From positions 6,386,001 to 6,450,000 of the forward strand of contig CM022669.1 in assembly GCA_012295275.1 (NCBI GenBank): 64,000 bases of DNA. The letters are read 5' to 3'. Under the pieces are notes generated by a model. The model searched no databases. It was not told the DNA's origin and saw only the letters and a program-made list of their open reading frames with translations. Origin of the DNA: Chrysomallon squamiferum (Eukaryota > Animalia > Mollusca). Made by a program: the position numbers and the translations under genes. Of the stretch, positions 16,127 through 30,809 are shown piece by piece; position 1 is the first letter of the stretch; each line of letters begins with the position of its first letter.

Positions 16127-16574
16127 CTCTAGCTTTGTCTCTACTGTCTTTCTCTATCTATCTCTCTCTCGCTCTCTCTCTATCTCTATCTCTATCTGTC
16201 GCTGTATGTTTTTTCTCTCTCTCTCTCTGTCTCTATCTCTATCTATCTATCTATATGTCCTGTATTGTTTTGTTTCTCTCTTTCCTCTCTCAGATCTCTA
16301 TCTCTATCTATCTATTTATATGTCGCTTGCTGACTCTGTCTCTGCGACACGGCTCGAGATAATAATTCTCTATCATCAAACTTCACCTGCGGTGAACAGA
16401 AACAGCGAGATCTTTAATTTATCGTGTTGTGTTAACAGACTGACACGGATCGAGACAAAGCGACAAAGCAAACTTTGTGAACAGAAACAGCGACACACAA
16501 AAGGTGTTAAAGACTGTGATATTGCCAGCTTTAACGAAAAGCTGTTTCAATATGCCCACCTGGACTTTCCTTGG

Positions 16575-16616
<42 letters not shown>

Positions 16617-17327
16617 TATATATAAAATTATTTTTCTCTCCTTTTTAAACGGGTAACCCACCCGTAAGAGCACACGTCTCAGTAGAGAAACTGTTATTGT
16701 TGTGAGCAGACACGGGTGTGTGAAGGGGTATAGAAACGTGTTTCCGGTACGTTTGTTAATAGGATATGAATGTGAAATTAAAAAGTGGGTAAACACGACT
16801 ACGAAAGCGTAGATAATCTGAAAAAAAAAGTGGGTGTGTTATTGTTGTGGTTGTTGATGTTGCGTTCGTACGTCAAATGATTTTACTTTCACGTTTATGT
16901 CTGAAAAATAGCAAACAGACTGAGTCGAAGTACAAAAATAAATAAATAAAATAAATAAATAAAACAAAAATTGTTTGTTTATATATATATATATATAAAT
17001 ATAAATAAATATATATATATAAACATACAAGTAATGAGTGTACACATACATACATTATACATACATAAACATATACATAAACATACATACATACATACAT
17101 ACATACATGCATACACACACACACTCAATCGTGACGTGCACAAATACATCTTAACAAAAATCAACGTTATATTTCATCTGTAAATCACGACCGATTTAAA
17201 AAGCACGCAGTCCTTGTTTTGCACGGGACATTTTATTAACAATTGGAAGCAACATGATGCTTATGGCGCGTATTAATGTACGGTTGCGCGTTCGTTTGAC
17301 ATGTACATTAATCTCCGACAAACGGAT

Positions 17328-17386
17328 CGGTGTACATTTCACTGCACGGTGTACGTTTTCACTGCACGGTGTACGTTTTCGCTGCT
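17328..17386 (+). repeat. 20-bp tandem repeat (CGGTGTACGTTTTCACTGCA) x3
   Basis: Three adjacent copies inside a CpG-rich island. Confidence 0.88.
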
Positions 17387-18246
17387 CGACAAAGCCTGAA
17401 ATGTACAAACGTACGAACACCCGAGCCGTTGTCAAAATTGGCCGTTTCAGTTATTGCCGCAATTTGCCGCTGACATTTGATCGCAGGCATTACCGTGCAA
17501 TTTGTCTCTCTTCTAAAATAATGTACTCATTATCGCTTCCGATTGTCAGGCACCTGGTTGACATTACATCTTCATTTCGCGACCTGGTATTTATGACAGG
17601 GAGTATATATATATATATATGTATGTATATGTCTGTGGTACGCTTTTATTACGATAGTTTCGCCAGGCGGTGTCAATTTCGGGTAATTCTTTTCGAGTTA
17701 GTCGATTACAATGGACTGGATCGCTCGAATGAAAGGGCGTGTTTTTTAAAAGCGTGTATATCGCGTAACACCCGGTGACAGAGTCAGTTAGAAGGGAAGC
17801 GGGGGTTACGTTGCGTGGCGTGTGTTAAAAGTTATCTACGCCGTGTCACGATATGATTATAATGTAGACTGCAGTTAAAGAGAGAGAGAGAGAGAAAAGC
17901 TACAAGTTACGTATAGAGTTATTGTATTGTGCAGCGATATCAGAGGGCGTTTTGTGTGTTTGTTTGTTTGTTTGTTTGTTTTTATGATGATTTTTTATTT
18001 TGAGTTTTTTTTTCTTTAACATTTTGTGTTTTTAGTTAAGTTTTTTATTGCACATTGGGTGTTTCAGACGAAAGGTTGTTGTTATTATTATTTTATTATT
18101 ATTGTTGTTGTTGTTGTTATTATTATTATTATTGTTGTTGTTATCCATGTTGTTGTTGTTGATGATGATGATGTTAGTGTTGTTGCTGTGATAATTTTGT
18201 ATTTATTTATTCAGAAAAGAAGTGCTGGTGTTGTTTTTTAGAGTTT

Positions 18247-18281
<35 letters not shown>

Positions 18282-18292
18282 GGGCGACTTTT

Positions 18293-18331
<39 letters not shown>

Positions 18332-18377
18332 TTATTGTTGTTATTATTATTATTTCATTTTTTTCATATTATTATTC

Positions 18378-18429
<52 letters not shown>

Positions 18430-18819
18430 TACTATTATTATCATCATCATCATCATCATTTTTTTTATTTATTTATTTTTTCTCATCTTTATTTCAAATC
18501 ACTTCAGTATAAAATAAAACAAAAATTCATATTTGATTATTTTTCCCCAAATACTGCTCATCCTAGTGATTCTGGTTTTTTTTTTTTTTTTGTTATGACA
18601 GACACAATCTTCCCTGAGTCGTCTACAAGCTCTCAGTAATTCTTCATCCATCATATCTTAAACAACATATATAAATAATAATAAAAAAATAATTTAAAAC
18701 TCGCCACCCTACACGTAACTTGAAAAGAAACACGTAGATAATTTATACGCTGTCGCTGTCATCCGACAAAAAAAAATACAAATTAAAAAGTATTTCAATG
18801 ACAGAAAATAAAAATATAT

Positions 18820-18994
18820 AGGGGCGAATCCAGAAAGTTTTAAAGAGGGTGTTTCACCAGTGTCGTAAATGCCATACTATTTTTTGAAAAAAAAAAAAAA
18901 AAATGGAGTATATAGAAATACAATGAAACAAACATGTCGGCAGAGAGATGGGTACATGTAGAAGCTCTTTCTCCCACCCTCTGGACCCGCCCTT
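18820..18994. mobile_element. MITE-like non-autonomous DNA transposon relic (AGGGGCGGATCCAG-type TIRs, probably PIF/Harbinger-like)
   Basis: Left aggggcgaatccaga (18820-18834) and right tctggacccgccctt (18980-18994) are 12/15 inverted matches around a short AT-rich core. Related single ends occur at 9488 and 38572. Confidence 0.6.
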
Positions 18995-19549
18995 GAGATC
19001 TGTGAGGGTAGAAATTTTCTTTGTGTACGTTTCACGTATTTCACAGTACTTCAAATCAAAAAGCAATTAAAATGTGAAGTTGTTCGGGCGCGAACTGAAA
19101 GCAGGCGGTTTATTATTGTTCGGATATTTCCCCCCACCACCACATCATTTCACACGAAGCAAGTAAAGCCTTTGAAAGCCTGGTTCTATTCGAATGAGCC
19201 CTAAAGCCAATCTTTTCTCCACTACCACCTCAAATAAAGAAAAAGCAATATGGCTGTTCCTATGTCGATATTGAAAACGAAAAAAAAAAAAAAAAAAAAA
19301 AAAAAACAGAAAAAGGAAGAGAGAGAATCGCGTCGTGAAGGAACGCGCGTGACTGGCCGAGCAATGCCCGAGAGTAACGTCGCTTTCTTGTAGACCAATG
19401 GAAAGTGATTGATTGAAATGTCGAACCCGGCCGAATAATGATTCGGAATTAATGACGAAATGTGTCGAACAATGAAAGAGCAATAACACGGGATTTGTTT
19501 GAATTGGTTGAAACCCTTTACAAAAGGACTACTTGAAAATGAGCTGAAG

Positions 19550-19594
<45 letters not shown>

Positions 19595-19948
19595 CATTTT
19601 TAACAGTAGCGAATTTCTCATAGAAAATTCGTGATTGAATGACGCCGTCTTGTTTGTTCGCTTCCTGACAAAAACCCGCCGCACAAAAGAACGTATTATA
19701 ACCGTGTATTGACGGCTATATAAGAAACAGTCGTGGTTCGGGTTTCGTTTTTCCAATGAGAAGCAAACACGGATTAAACATTGACACTTTACGGGTGTAT
19801 TTGGCTCGCCAGCGTACGACCGAATGATGGAGTAAATCGGACGAATGCCATCTGAAAAGAAAAGGTAGGAAACTGTAAAGACATATTATCTGTGTGACCG
19901 TTTGTCTGTCCGTCTCTCTCTGCATTACATTCTCTCCTCTTTCTAAAC

Positions 19949-19985
<37 letters not shown>

Positions 19986-20725
19986 CTGTTTTCTCGATTT
20001 TTAGACCATTTTCTCTGTGTTTTCTCTCTCGATCTTTTCCTTTTCTCTGTCTTACTCTTTTTTTCGTTCTGTTTCTATTTTTCTTTCTCTCTCTTCTAAC
20101 ACATACGTATATACTGACTGGTTTAGTTGAGGTAACGATATAAGATTTTCTCTTCTTAATATTTTAATATTAAAAGCGGGTGGGCACTGGGGTATTATCA
20201 GGTGCTGGTATATTATCGAGTACTCGGATAAATGAAAGTATAAACATACATAATTACACACACACATACATACGCACGCACGCACTCACGCACACACACA
20301 CACACACACACAACACTCAAGCAGGGAAAGCGCGGCGATACAAAGAATCATTAAAAACCTTATTCTTTGTGAACCAACGACATTATCGATTTATCAGCTT
20401 AATTTTTGTTATAAACATTATTAGTAAACTTATTAACTTAATAAAAAAATATTTAGTTGACATACTGTCTTAAAAAGTAACGTGACACCTCGCTGAAATA
20501 AAACAAAATAAAAATAAACAGTAACCACTTCTAATTCCGACTAGCAGATTTGAACTCTTAACCCGCCTGTCTTTAACCACAGTATCATGAAAGGAGTAAG
20601 ACAGACTACGGTTTAGTTATTTGCGATATCAAATTATACACGTGACAATGGGCTGGTTGTAAAACGCAGACTAACTTGTATAAAGTGTCCTGTATTAGAG
20701 CTCCATTCTGTCATGAATACATTGC

Positions 20726-20861
20726 CAGGTTTTATAAGCAGGTAGATTGAAACAGATACCTGACATACCTGTCTTCTTTGATGTTTTATTTGTTTATTTA
20801 ACTAAGTACGTATTATACAAGGTATAAAAATATTTGGTTGTTTGATTTATTATTGTGTGTG

Positions 20862-20922
<61 letters not shown>

Positions 20923-21058
20923 TACACGTACGGAGATATGCAAGAATGTTTTACGTAACATTTGTGTATCTGTGGGTAACCAGGTGTTAAATGCATACGT
21001 GCATATAAGAATGTATGTATGTATATACGTATATATATTTATATGTGTATATGTGTGT
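20726..21058 (+). repeat. Inverted duplication A, left arm
   Basis: 20726-20844 is the reverse complement of 34288-34406 (118/119 by manual alignment). After a (TG)n tract, about 110 bp more match at roughly 92%. Confidence 0.95.
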
Positions 21059-21096
21059 ATTATGTATGTATATGTGTGTGTATATGTATTTATGTA

Positions 21097-21131
<35 letters not shown>

Positions 21132-21168
21132 GAATGCATGTCTCTGTATATCAATATATATATATATA

Positions 21169-21206
<38 letters not shown>

Positions 21207-23323
21207 CGTATGTATATTTTTAATGAATATTTTAAACATAATCTCGTGATACAGTACAATGACCTAGAGGAAGAATTAAAAATAACAGTCATCAGACAGT
21301 TAGACTTTGTCCAGTCAGCTGTTTGTATATCTGAACAAATATTTTTGTAGATGTGAGAAACGCAATAATTGTATATCAGTACAAACTCACGAACACATAC
21401 AGACAGACGGACATACACAAAACATTTTTAAAAAATGCAACCCGAAAAAGAATCAGAAATAAATGTCGAATAAAGACATTACTAATTCATCCATCCAGTC
21501 ATCTATCTGTTTGTAATTTTATCTGTTTTTATTTCCGTATTTATTTTATTATTTATTATGAACATTATGTTATTCTTGTATTAACTGGCTTTGTCGTTAT
21601 TTATTTATTTATTTATCTATTTATTTACTTGCTACTTTTAATAAAAAAATTCATTCTCACTGGATTCACTTTTGATTTCACTTTTGATTTCACTTCATCA
21701 TCATCATCATCATCACATTCTTTTCTTCTTCTTCTTCTTCTTTTCTTCATCATCATCATCACATTCTTTCTTCTTCTTCTTCTTCTTCTTCTACCAGTGT
21801 CCCTTCACGACAAAAAAGAAAAAGGAAATCAAGGTTACAAAATAACGAGTATAAATAAACTCGTTAGCAAACGAGGAACAACTTGAGCGACGACGTCCAA
21901 ACATCCAGTGTGTATTTTAGTTCTTCCTCCTAAACCCATTTCGCAAACAGGAACATAATCTCCCGTGTCCAACCGTCGCATCATTAGCGCCGTAAATTAA
22001 CACGTCGTTCGCGCAGACGTGAAACCTTCGCGCTGTCACCTTATTAAAAATGGCTGCACGGAGCGAAAGGTTACTCTGTTCTCACAGCCGACGGGTGGAA
22101 AACTGTCTTTTGAAAAGATTCTGCGGTTTGAACAAGGTGCCGGAGACAGTCGTTTTTGTCTCCGTGTTTGTTTATGTCCACTTTCCTTCGGGCTTTTCTC
22201 TCTCCGCTTCGTCAATAATCGTCTGCCGACTTCGTGATGGCGGGAATACCCGATCGAATTTCCCGCCCCGTTGGAGAATTCACCGTTACAAGAAAAGGAG
22301 AGGGAGAGACATGAGGATGTGGTGGGGGGGCGGTGTTGATACGATATGACGCTGCCATGCAGACGATCTGTTTTTTTTTTTTTTTTTTTCTTTGGGTTGA
22401 AATTCACACAAGGGATTTTTTTTCTTTTCTTTTTTTTTTTTTTTCTTCTGTTTTTGATGAAAAATTGTATTTGATACAGAAATTTTGATAACTGAAAAAT
22501 CACGTGATCAACGTTATTTAGATCAGATAATTTAATTAACTGCAGTTCGAACGATATCTTTGTCTTGAAACCAATTGTTATTAAACATACTGAACAGTTT
22601 GTTCTTACAACTAATCTATTCATCGATTAATTAATTAATATTACATCACGTGGCCATGTTGAATTTCTGCTGATTCTAACATCTGTTTTGTTCATAATCG
22701 AACAAGAACTACCAGGTCAAAAGAAGCAGAGATGTGTTTTGACTTCGTTTTTAATGACAATAACACTCGTCCCAGTTTAAAAAAAAAAAAAAAAAAAAAA
22801 AGAAGAGAAAATCTGGATTTGTTCACTTCAAGCTGGTTCAGAAACTTTTTTGTTCTTGTTACTGCTGCTGCTGCTGCTGCTGCTGCTGTTGTCGAATTTT
22901 GGCACCAACGTTTTACACTACCGGATACGTGGAGGGCGGCCCACGTTCGGTTTACTGGCACGTGCAGACAAGATGCGTCTAACGAACACGACCTTAATTA
23001 GTGCCGAGCGAAATTACTTCCATCTTTTTCTTGTTGAAGTGAACGCCAAAATCTTAGAAATAAAACTCGCAGTCCAGATGTGGGTTGTTTGGTTGCACTT
23101 TGCAGTTCGCGCGATTCGAGCAGGTTTTTTTTTTTTTTTTTTTTTTTTTGGCGTGGATTTCTTCATTTGATTAGCAGACGTCATACTTTGCGAGAGCAGA
23201 AGTCACAGCAGTTCCTGTGCGGTCCTGTACAGACGTCGTAATAAACGAGTAGTTGACGTTGTGACGGTAGTCGTTACGACTGTCACGGTCTGTATTTAGA
23301 CGTGTGTTCAGTACTCTGATTGA

Positions 23324-23426
<103 letters not shown>

Positions 23427-23924
23427 GTGTGTGAGTATATATATAAATATGTATGTATGTGTGTAATGCGATTACGATAACCATGCTGTGGTGAGCGCGC
23501 GCTCCATGCAAGTCGAGGACGGGAAATATCACGGTTTGTTGAAATGAAGCCCTGCCCTTGTTATCAGTCGATGTTTCTCTCCACCTCCCAGCCACAGTCA
23601 AACAACACGTGTTGCACACTAACTGCCTGCTGCCAAGATCGCATTTTCTTGTGAAAATAAAGCCTGCATACTTTACTATGTCTGCGACCAATTAATTAGC
23701 TCCCATTTTTTTTTTTTTTTTTTTTTTTTTCCCCATCTCGCTCACACAAACTTCACAGGGAAGTAGTATTTTAAGAACACCGTCTTCTTCTTCTCGCTCT
23801 CGCTTGGTTATGTTATCGTCGTCGAATCGATCGCATCACACAAGCGGATGATTCGAGTCTTACAGCGTAAGAGTATCTACAGCTTCATGACGTTAGCTTA
23901 TCAAGCACTCGAGTGTTTTTCAGT

Positions 23925-24090
23925 TGGCGGGACTATCTGCACAGACTGGTCGGATTCTTTTCTCTGTCGTCTGCTAGCGAAGGGACTAAGTTTTGCAAAA
24001 ACAGTTCTACGGCCACGTTGTGTCGTCTGCTAGTGGCGGCGGAACTATCTCAGAGATTGTGTTGTTTTCTCTTCTGTCGACTGCTAGCGA
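23925..24090 (+). repeat. Degenerate ~55-bp tandem triplet carrying TGTCGTCTGCTAG
   Basis: Motif at 23965, 24021 and 24075; ggcggRactatct also recurs near 23926 and 24038. Confidence 0.75.
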
Positions 24091-24258
24091 CGATCGTTGT
24101 TTTTTTTGTTGTGTTTTTTTTTTTTTTTCTTCATCTTCTCCATTTTAATTCCCCTTCTGTTTTTGTCGTCTGGTAATTCGTCTGCTGTCTTTAAAATCGC
24201 TTCTGAAGAATAAATTTGATCAGAATGAGGAAGGGCAGACAATGGTGGGGGATGTGAG

Positions 24259-24284
24259 ATGTCCTCCGACTGTCTTCATAAGCG
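24259..24284 (+). CDS. RGM: Putative first coding exon segment of the RGM gene (MSSDCLHK-R)
   Basis: ATG at 24259 has an in-frame stop upstream (TGA 24226). The segment ends at a perfect donor CG|GTAAGT (24285-24290) in phase 2, matching the phase-2 acceptor at 36388. It lies at the 3' edge of a CpG-rich promoter-like zone. A short Arg-ending first coding exon recalls vertebrate RGMA (MQPPR). No transcript evidence. Confidence 0.55.
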
Positions 24285-25577
24285 GTAAGTAATTTATATG
24301 TTTGCGATTTATTCATAAGAAACGTACAAAAAAAATATTTTGAGGGGAGGCTTAGTGTTATTACCTGTACTTGCGGTTTCTAAAATTTAACAATACGGAA
24401 CGTACCTAATTACAAAATTTATTTATTTATAATTTATAATTTTATGTTTTTAATTTTGATTTATTATGTTGGTTTATTTTTTTATTTTTTTATTTTTTTT
24501 TTTTTTTTTTTTTTTATTATTGTTTTATTTTTTTATTATTTTCATATATATCTTTTTATTTTTTATTTTATTATTGAAACAAGGAACGTTATGAACATTT
24601 TAAACAAGAAAGAAAGAGAGAGAGAGAGAGAGACAGAGAGCCTACCACTGATATGATCTACTTGTAGAAATATTTTATAACTTCAGACGTTCTGAATAAT
24701 GTGTGGTATTTACTTCAAACATGTCCATAGCACGACGCGAAAGAGAGAAGACTCTATCACTGTAATTAAATGTGATGTGGTCGGCCTAACAGCATTGTGC
24801 ACTTTGTAAATACCGCGTATAAATTCCAATTTTCTGTGAACGAAACAGCTCGCTGTCACTTCTGTGTTTTCAAATCGCTTATCTGATTCCTCCTATCAAT
24901 CACCTGGACACGTGTTTATATCCACTTGAAGATTCAAACGCCTGTCTGTGCTACAATACCCAAACATCCAGTCGAAGAGTTAAATTTTTACCGCTTAAAA
25001 AAAAAAAAAACCTCCGCTTCGGTTTTCTTCAAACTGTAAACATTGCACGGTGGAACAACGGCTTTCGCGCCACTTCACGCGCCGTTCACGCGCATTTGTC
25101 GTCTGCTGCTTCCCAGACGGAGGACAATGACAATCGATCGTCTGCTTGGTGTTGGTTGTGTTTTTGTAGTCACCGCTTCGCTCTAAAGCTAATTTGATGA
25201 ATATTTAAAATCCGCGACCTTTTGGCGTTCTTTCCAAACCTGGCCATACCAAATTGTTCCTTTCCGTGTTTGTTTAAATTATTTACTTTTGATAGCTTCT
25301 AAAGCAAAGACGTCGTATGTGCACGCTACTTTCTCTTTGAAAGGCCGCACCGGAATAACATGTAGGCCGTATTGTATAAAGAAGGAAACATATGCTACCA
25401 TTTAAATTTATTGTTTTATTATACGCGATTTTATTCTCTGTAAATGAATATGTAAAAGACAGTGGGTATAACAGATGTTGCGGATTCAGACAGAATGGTG
25501 CATATAATGACAAGAAAATTTATTGTAAAAAATCCATTTCGTTAAAAACTGCAGGATCTTTAATGTTGATATATAAA

Positions 25578-25625
<48 letters not shown>

Positions 25626-26274
25626 TCAGGAAAAATTTGGTTTTAAACAGATTAACAAGATCATTTTAAATTTTGATTTATTTTTTTTATTTCGATCTGC
25701 GGGCAAAAAAAAATACTGAATCTTTAAACAGTGTTTATGCATTATATATTCATATGATCGATTCCAACAAGAAGACTCGAACGCATTATCTTTCATTTCT
25801 TGAACCGCAGTAGACTCCCTTGATATATGACCAGATCCTGAACTTTAAAGTAAATCTTTATGTGCATGTATTTTATCCAAACTCGCATGTTTCAAGACAG
25901 ACTTCTCGGAACCTTGGTTTTATAGTAACTGGTTCAATTCGTCCCCACGGATTTTCGTCCATTTGATCTTTTGAAACACGACAGACAGAAATATTTATTT
26001 TGTTTCAGCAAATCTGTAGTACTATGGAAAAGCAACGCTATTTAGTGGTATAGGATAACGTCGTTTAGTTGCTGGTGATGTTGTTGTTGTCGGTGTTTTA
26101 ATGTGGCTGTGGACGTTGATGTCTGGTGCATGTTAGTAATAGGTTTTAACGGTCTTTGGAAAACTTAATATTAAAGGTACTGGATTTTATGGTTGTGTCT
26201 TCGTGTGATATATTGTCTTTATTTTAATTTGTTTTGTTTTGGGAAGTATTATTATGAAGAGTTGAGATAAACAC

Positions 26275-26353
<79 letters not shown>

Positions 26354-26587
26354 ATGTAGGGTCTAAAGTAAATGTTTATGTGCGTGTGCGTGTGTGTATG
26401 TAAATGAGACAGAGAGAGGATATGACATCGTTGGAAAGTGTACAGTAAATATTATAGGAGTGACAAAGATTATAATGTCAAATAATTATTAACAACCGTC
26501 TGAAAATAATCATGTTATTAAATATAAAAATGTTATTTCAAAAATAATGTTATTAAATACTGCAAATAACAACTTTTCTCTTTTCTT

Positions 26588-26620
<33 letters not shown>

Positions 26621-28351
26621 GCCCTTTTTTAAATTAACTACTTCGCTTTTCATTTTTAAACCAAATACGACGTTCAAATAGCAACATCGCAAATTCTCAA
26701 TTACTTCCCTTGAAGCAATCTCCTGCTTTTTTCATCTCCAGCGTAGCGAGTTAACTCGAGTTGAATTTTCATTTGAGCAAATATTGAACTGTCTTTGATA
26801 ACACAAATTGATTGAACAAACACTATTTTTGAATCTTTATCGCCGAGTTTCGAGAAGGAACTTCTCAAATACACCTGGCTCGGTGTACACGCAGTTTTGT
26901 TTCGTCTCCTTTGTGACTGTTCTTGACAAAAGGCACACAAAGTCTGTTAAGAGAGATCGCTTCTGAGAGATTTTGTAGGAATTGCCGATGTTCCTTCTTT
27001 TCTTTTCTTTCTTTCTTTCTTTCTTTCTTTCTTTTTTTTTTTATTTATTTATTTATTTATTTATTTACTTACTTACATATTTATTTATTTATTCTGTATT
27101 TGTATGTTATTTATTTATTTTTGTTTATTTATTTTTTTATTTTTTTTATTTTTTTTTAATATTCATTTTTAAATATAGTACTTTCATAGTATTTTTATAC
27201 TGAAGTTGAATTTAATTATAATGTAATATAAGATATAATAAATCGGCCGTGGTGGATAAAAAATGTAATTTGCAAAGTGTGTCTATATATATATATATAT
27301 ATTCTTTATTGTAATACAATGACACTGTTACCATTTGAAAGTTGTTTTTTTTTTTTTTTATATTTATATTTTTTTTTTTTTTTTGAACATTTTGAGAAAT
27401 TCAAAAAAACACTATTCTACGTACCGTTTTATAAATTTTATTATTTTAATTTTTTTTTATCTAGAAAATAAAATAAAATCTCGAAAATAAAATAAAATGC
27501 AAACGTCCCCAAAAACAAAAAATTTTAACGTCTTATTTCCTTAAACTGGCTACTTTAATACTGATTTTTTCAGAAAAACCAAAAATCAATGACTACAAAA
27601 TACTATTATCCGAAAACACACAAATTCTACTGTAAAGGGTGGGTCACTGATGTCGTTACTCTCACCCCATCCACTTTTCTACCTCGTCTGTCACTTTCTG
27701 CCGTGTGTCTGTGACAGTGTCTGATCGCTTCAGACATTTAGCGCCGTGAAAGTCCAAACAAACAGAAAAGCGTATCGCTGTGCGGAATGCCGTCCTGTCT
27801 GAGAAAAGCTCGGTGTCCAAAACAAATAATCCCGGACGAGTGACGTTTGGCGTTATTTTCAGATGAAAACGCAACACAGCCGTTTCCAGAGTGTTAATCC
27901 AGTCAAGAAAAATGTTGTCAATGTTTTCGTTATAACGGAGAGGGTCTGGGCGGGAAACGATAACCCGTTGTATTTCGATTTACCGTTACGTTCAACGTAG
28001 ATGTTGTTGTTATTGTTCTTCTTCTTCTTCGTATTGTTGTTATTATTATTTTTTTTTCTTGCTGTTGTTGTTAGTTTTGCCGTTGTTATTGTTGTTGTTA
28101 TTGTTATTTGATGTTTATTTATTTATTTACTGAATTAATAATTATTACGAATGAAAAAAAAACTGAATATTTAATTCTCTTTATTATACTTTTAAAAAGT
28201 GGATTTTTTTTTTTTTTTTTTTTTTATGTTTTATACAAATATGCAAAAATATTTAAAACATTTATTTAAATACAAGTGTCACCTAATAAAGTATTACAAA
28301 GGTATTATAAACCCATCACTTTGAAAAATCAAATTTAAAAAAAATATATTT

Positions 28352-28416
28352 TCCGCTGCCGGGGATCGAACTTGTGTTCTTTCACAACAGTTCTGCTTGA
28401 TAATAAACGCCACAGA
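28352..28416 (-). mobile_element. Degenerate tRNA-like / SINE head fragment
   Basis: The minus strand reads ...gttcgatccccggcagcggaa (B box / T-arm-like). The A box is poor and there is no cloverleaf. Confidence 0.35.
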
Positions 28417-28927
28417 CAAATATATTATTAGCTTTTCAACACAGCACCGCTAAAAAAAAAAATGTATTTCTATCTCTCCCTTACAAAACATTAATATATC
28501 GCAAATGGTTTAGCCTTTCGAAGCTTTCATTCATAACGCTTTATCGGCCATAACGGTAAAAGTGTTACGGTCTTAAATCAACGCACGCCTCCTCGCCTAT
28601 TCACGAAGGGAAATCGTGATTAAGTACTGTTTCTTCTGAGTGGAATTACTGTAAAACAATCCACCGAACGCGGCTGAATTTATTATTTTATTAACACTTA
28701 TATTGGACTGATAATTATGAGTAGTCGTTTGGAGTGCTGACGTGAGGAAAGTTATTTATTGTGTAGATTTAGATAAGTACGTATGAAACTAAAATCACAC
28801 GCACGTACGTGATAATATGCATATGCATTTTACGTCATTCGTATGTACGTATATGAGTAGCATAAATAACATTACATAAATTGTTGTTGGTTTTGTGTAT
28901 TTGGGGAACCTTATTATTATTATTATT

Positions 28928-28984
<57 letters not shown>

Positions 28985-29985
28985 TTATTTATTTATTTAT
29001 TTATTTAATCGCTTTCCAGATTAAAACATTCCTATAATTATAATCCTTCAGCGTCTTCTGACGTCCATTTCTGACACTTCTTGTCGTTTTTCTAACACAT
29101 TCACGCTTGAGCGGTATTTTTCGATCTTTGCTGCCATTCACGGTATTTCTCGAGTGGCCAGGTGTGCATGCCCCCAAGGCAGACGTTTGTATGTTTGCTT
29201 TAAACCATTAAAAACAGGTGTATGGACTCAGAAAAACAGTTCAGCGAAGGACAATGATTGTAAGTGTCACAATCAAGGAAACAATGTTTATTACTCACTT
29301 GAAATGAAGGATTAACAGTTTAAAAGGAACTATATTTCCGAATCAACAAAAGGATATGGACAAATAACACGTTGCGAGGGAGTGGCCAAAAGCTGACGTC
29401 ATTGTCACCGTTATAACACTAAAAACCAATCATCTTTTGTAGTTGAAGAATTATTTCTCAAGTGGGCAAATAATCAGAGGAATCGATTTATAATTTAATA
29501 AAGTGATTACTGGAGGGCAAACAAATAACTACTGTTGAACTTGCTAATTCAGAACAGTTATTGTTGTTATGATTTATAAATTGTATGTTGTTTATCGAAA
29601 AACATGTGACAATTCAACTATGATAAAAGCATATAAGTAAGGTTTTGTGTATTATTTTATTTCTCTTTAAAATAAGTTCATTGCCTTTAAAAACGGTCAT
29701 AACATATACACCTGTTTAATCATTGTTTTTGCTATCATGATTTTGTTCTCCTTCAACTGTTATTATTGATGCTGATCATGATAGTGCAGTTGCAACAATA
29801 ACAACCATTACATCTACTACTACTAATACTAATACTAATACTAATACTACTACTACTACTAATAATAATAATAATTTAAAAAGTTAATAACAATGCCATC
29901 ACTACTTCTACTACTATTACTACTACCTCTACCACCTTTACTACACCTATCATTACGACTACCACTATTACTACTGCTCTTACTT

Positions 29986-30022
<37 letters not shown>

Positions 30023-30145
30023 AACAACATTACTACTACTGCTACTACTACTACTATAATAATAATAATAATAAAATTAATAATAATAATAATAATAATA
30101 ATAAAAATAATAATAATAAAAATAAACTAAATATACATATGTCTC

Positions 30146-30200
<55 letters not shown>

Positions 30201-30765
30201 TAAGTAAATACAGAAGTAGATGTAATCTTTTCATGCATTCTTTTTCTTCTAATTTAAATGCCTGAACGAAAGAACTGGAACTGTCATAACCGTCTAATTG
30301 CAGTTTTCAAACAACTGTCACGAAAATACCGGCAGATTAAACAATTGTATAGCAATTACGTTCCTTCGTTAAGTCATTTCACTTCATCATCGTCATGGAC
30401 AGCCTTTGAAAAGGACGTTGCTGTAGCCGCATTGTCTGACTCGTATTAGACGTACCCTTCTCCATCGTTCCGTCATCCAAACAAACTGTCACGTAATGCG
30501 GACTCGTCGGCTCAAGTGATAAGTTGTCTCCCTTTAATGTCGTCGTAATGGCGGATTAGAGAGTGTCAGTCGGCTAAGGTGGTAATTACGATGTCCGCAG
30601 TTTTACGTGGCCGTTTAGCGTGAACTGAATCATTTGTAGCTGATGTCGTTTAATAAACTTCTCTTATTTCTTTCATCTAAAGCTGAACATAGGTAGCTCT
30701 TTTATAGACGTTAGATATATAATAATGCTGTAACTTATTTTTACATTTCCGTCTTCCTTTTTTCT

Positions 30766-30809
<44 letters not shown>

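Noticed and set aside
17254-17778. 174-aa ORF in a CpG-rich island (similarly 22036-22623 and 31151-31603)
   Set aside because: No recognisable domain and crosses tandem or homopolymer repeats. Consistent with chance ORFs in GC-richer DNA.
28352-28416. tRNA gene (also B-box-like strings near 20545, 50983 and 58772-58800)
   Set aside because: No complete cloverleaf or intact A box. Treated as SINE debris at best.
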